Shown: in pieces, positions 62,367 through 64,000 of the stretch
How positions within the stretch are numbered: position 1 is the stretch's first letter
How the letters are laid out: each line of letters starts with the position of its first letter
Assembly: GCF_052425735.1 (NCBI RefSeq)
Contig: NC_135767.1
Coordinates: forward strand, 6,758,001 to 6,822,000
Origin: Oculina patagonica
Lineage: Eukaryota
Direction: 5' to 3'
DNA: 64,000 bases
Translations under genes and position numbers: made by a program
The notes under the pieces: model-generated
Told to the model about the DNA's origin: nothing
What the model saw: only the letters and a program-made list of their open reading frames with translations
Databases searched by the model: none

Positions 62367-63220
62367 CTGATGAGAAACAATTTTTTCAAGAATTTTGCCG
62401 ATTGAATAGTTCATCCAATCGTGTGTTAGGGTGATAGATTACCTGACAATATGACAACCTAACCCTTTGAACCTCATTTTTAAGAAATTCAAAATATTTT
62501 TGCTTTGAGGGCGTGGATGGGGTGGTACCGATGCCATTAGAAGCACTTTGGAAGTTTACACCTGTAACAGTTTTCAGACAATATTTCCGAGTTACTTAAC
62601 GACGACCATAAATCTCTAATTTTTTACTTCTATTCAAAAACCGAGAGATAATTAGAGTCGACACCTCTATTGAAACTATCAGAATTATGATTGCGATTTT
62701 AGGCAAATGAGAAAAAAATAGGTTATCTGCCCACTTCATTGACATAAACGAAACAAAGAAACGACCAAGCCCACATTATAGGCCTCTTAAATGACAGCAG
62801 GTTAAATTATATTGGATTTAGAGAACAGAGAAAACCATTTAAGCTATTAGATTTCAAGGGGAAGTGGAATTTTTTTAGAATGTTCATTTTCTGTCAGATT
62901 TCTATCTGCAATATGGTCCTGATAACCCCAAAAGGAAAACGATCTCAAAACTTTTTTTTTGTTTAACTGGGTCGAATATAATGTATATAAAGAAACGTAT
63001 AATGAATATAAAGAAAATAAAGGTTAAAAAGTAACAATATCTCCAGTACAATCTACGCTATTGGAGACTCCCTGTTCTCTAAGAGCAATATAAGGTCGAA
63101 TCCCGGCAAAATGTGTGGCGAAAATATCATTTAAACAATAATTTGCCAGATTTTAGCAAGGGTGAAGAAATTGAGACTCAATCATTGTAACCCTTAAAAT
63201 TTTGAGTCTTTTTTTCAGTT
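62367..63220. promoter_or_regulatory. Upstream region of gene C, duplicate of the gene B upstream region 50291-51160
   Basis: Long colinear match, e.g. GGGCGTGGATGGGGTGGTACCGATG.CATTAGAAGCACTTTGGAAGTTTA. Regulatory role is inferred from position. Confidence 0.7.
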
Positions 63221-64000
63221 CTAGAATAAATATTAGCGGAGCTCCCAGAGCGTAGCCCCATTCCTTAGAATTTTTGGTAAGCCATCGAGCCGAAAAAAAT
63301 TGGTTATGACGTCAGCGTACGAGCGAACGTCCGTACAGACTCTCCGGGAGGGGGAGGGGAGTGCCAATGTAATCCTGACCAGAGGGGAGACAATGCATGC
63401 CATCCTCTTGTGATGTCAACGGCTGTCCAACGACTTACATTTTGTTATTGGGCATCAATGTTATGGTGAATTGACAGCTGTCAAAACAAGCTTTCCGCTG
63501 ACCAGTATCACATGACCATATCGCGGGCTCAGATATAGAAGACATCGAGGTCGAATGTTTTTTTGAAGTTGACCGCTGACCAAGTAACTTTTCACCATTG
63601 AATCGCGGGCGCAAGTACTTTTCTGTGGTCATTTGCTCTTGAATTACATGAAGCGGAAAGTGAAATTGGGGAAGTGCGCTGGTTGCTGTCGGCTCGGCTA
63701 AATGAAATTTATAAGCTTATCAAGCTTATTTTGAACTTGTGGCGAACAGAATTTCACAAAGGAACTTGTGCCCAGTCTGCCCAGTCTGGTTTATACCAGG
63801 AGGGAGCGGTAAACTTAGGCCTGGGCTCCAGTGGGCGAATAAGGGCAAAAAAATCCGAGGTGTCTGGCAATCGTGACGTCACGAATCGGCTGGCCCGGGA
63901 AGTTTAAACTCAGGTAAACAAATGGTTTCCCCATGAGTGTTTTATGCGGTTATAATCAAACAAATCATAACAAAAATCATGAAAGGATCGTTGATATGCC

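Overview
AT-rich, intron-containing eukaryotic DNA with two assembly gaps (11620-12119, 13693-13980). The repeat families resemble those I associate with stony corals/cnidarians (inference). All host genes are on the minus strand and encode hydrolases that are mostly predicted to be secreted. Left to right: (A) the 5' end of a DNA/RNA non-specific (ENDOD1-like, beta-beta-alpha-metal) endonuclease gene whose body lies off the left edge; a ~1.2-kb tandem array; two tandem M14A procarboxypeptidase A/B paralogues (CP1 lacks its last exon in the assembly, CP2 is complete at 10 exons/419 aa); and two more endonuclease genes (B, C). The most unusual structure is at the 5' ends of the nuclease genes. 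They carry serially duplicated promoter + signal-peptide-exon cassettes, all ending in a phase-1 donor, in intact, pseudogenised, exon-less and deleted states. Their upstream module has also been amplified into the tandem array. Introns and intergenic DNA hold many MITEs, LINE/SINE fragments, hAT and MULE transposase remnants, and a candidate minimal hammerhead ribozyme. Exon coordinates were read by hand from GT/AG boundaries and frame continuity. Identities are estimates by eye.
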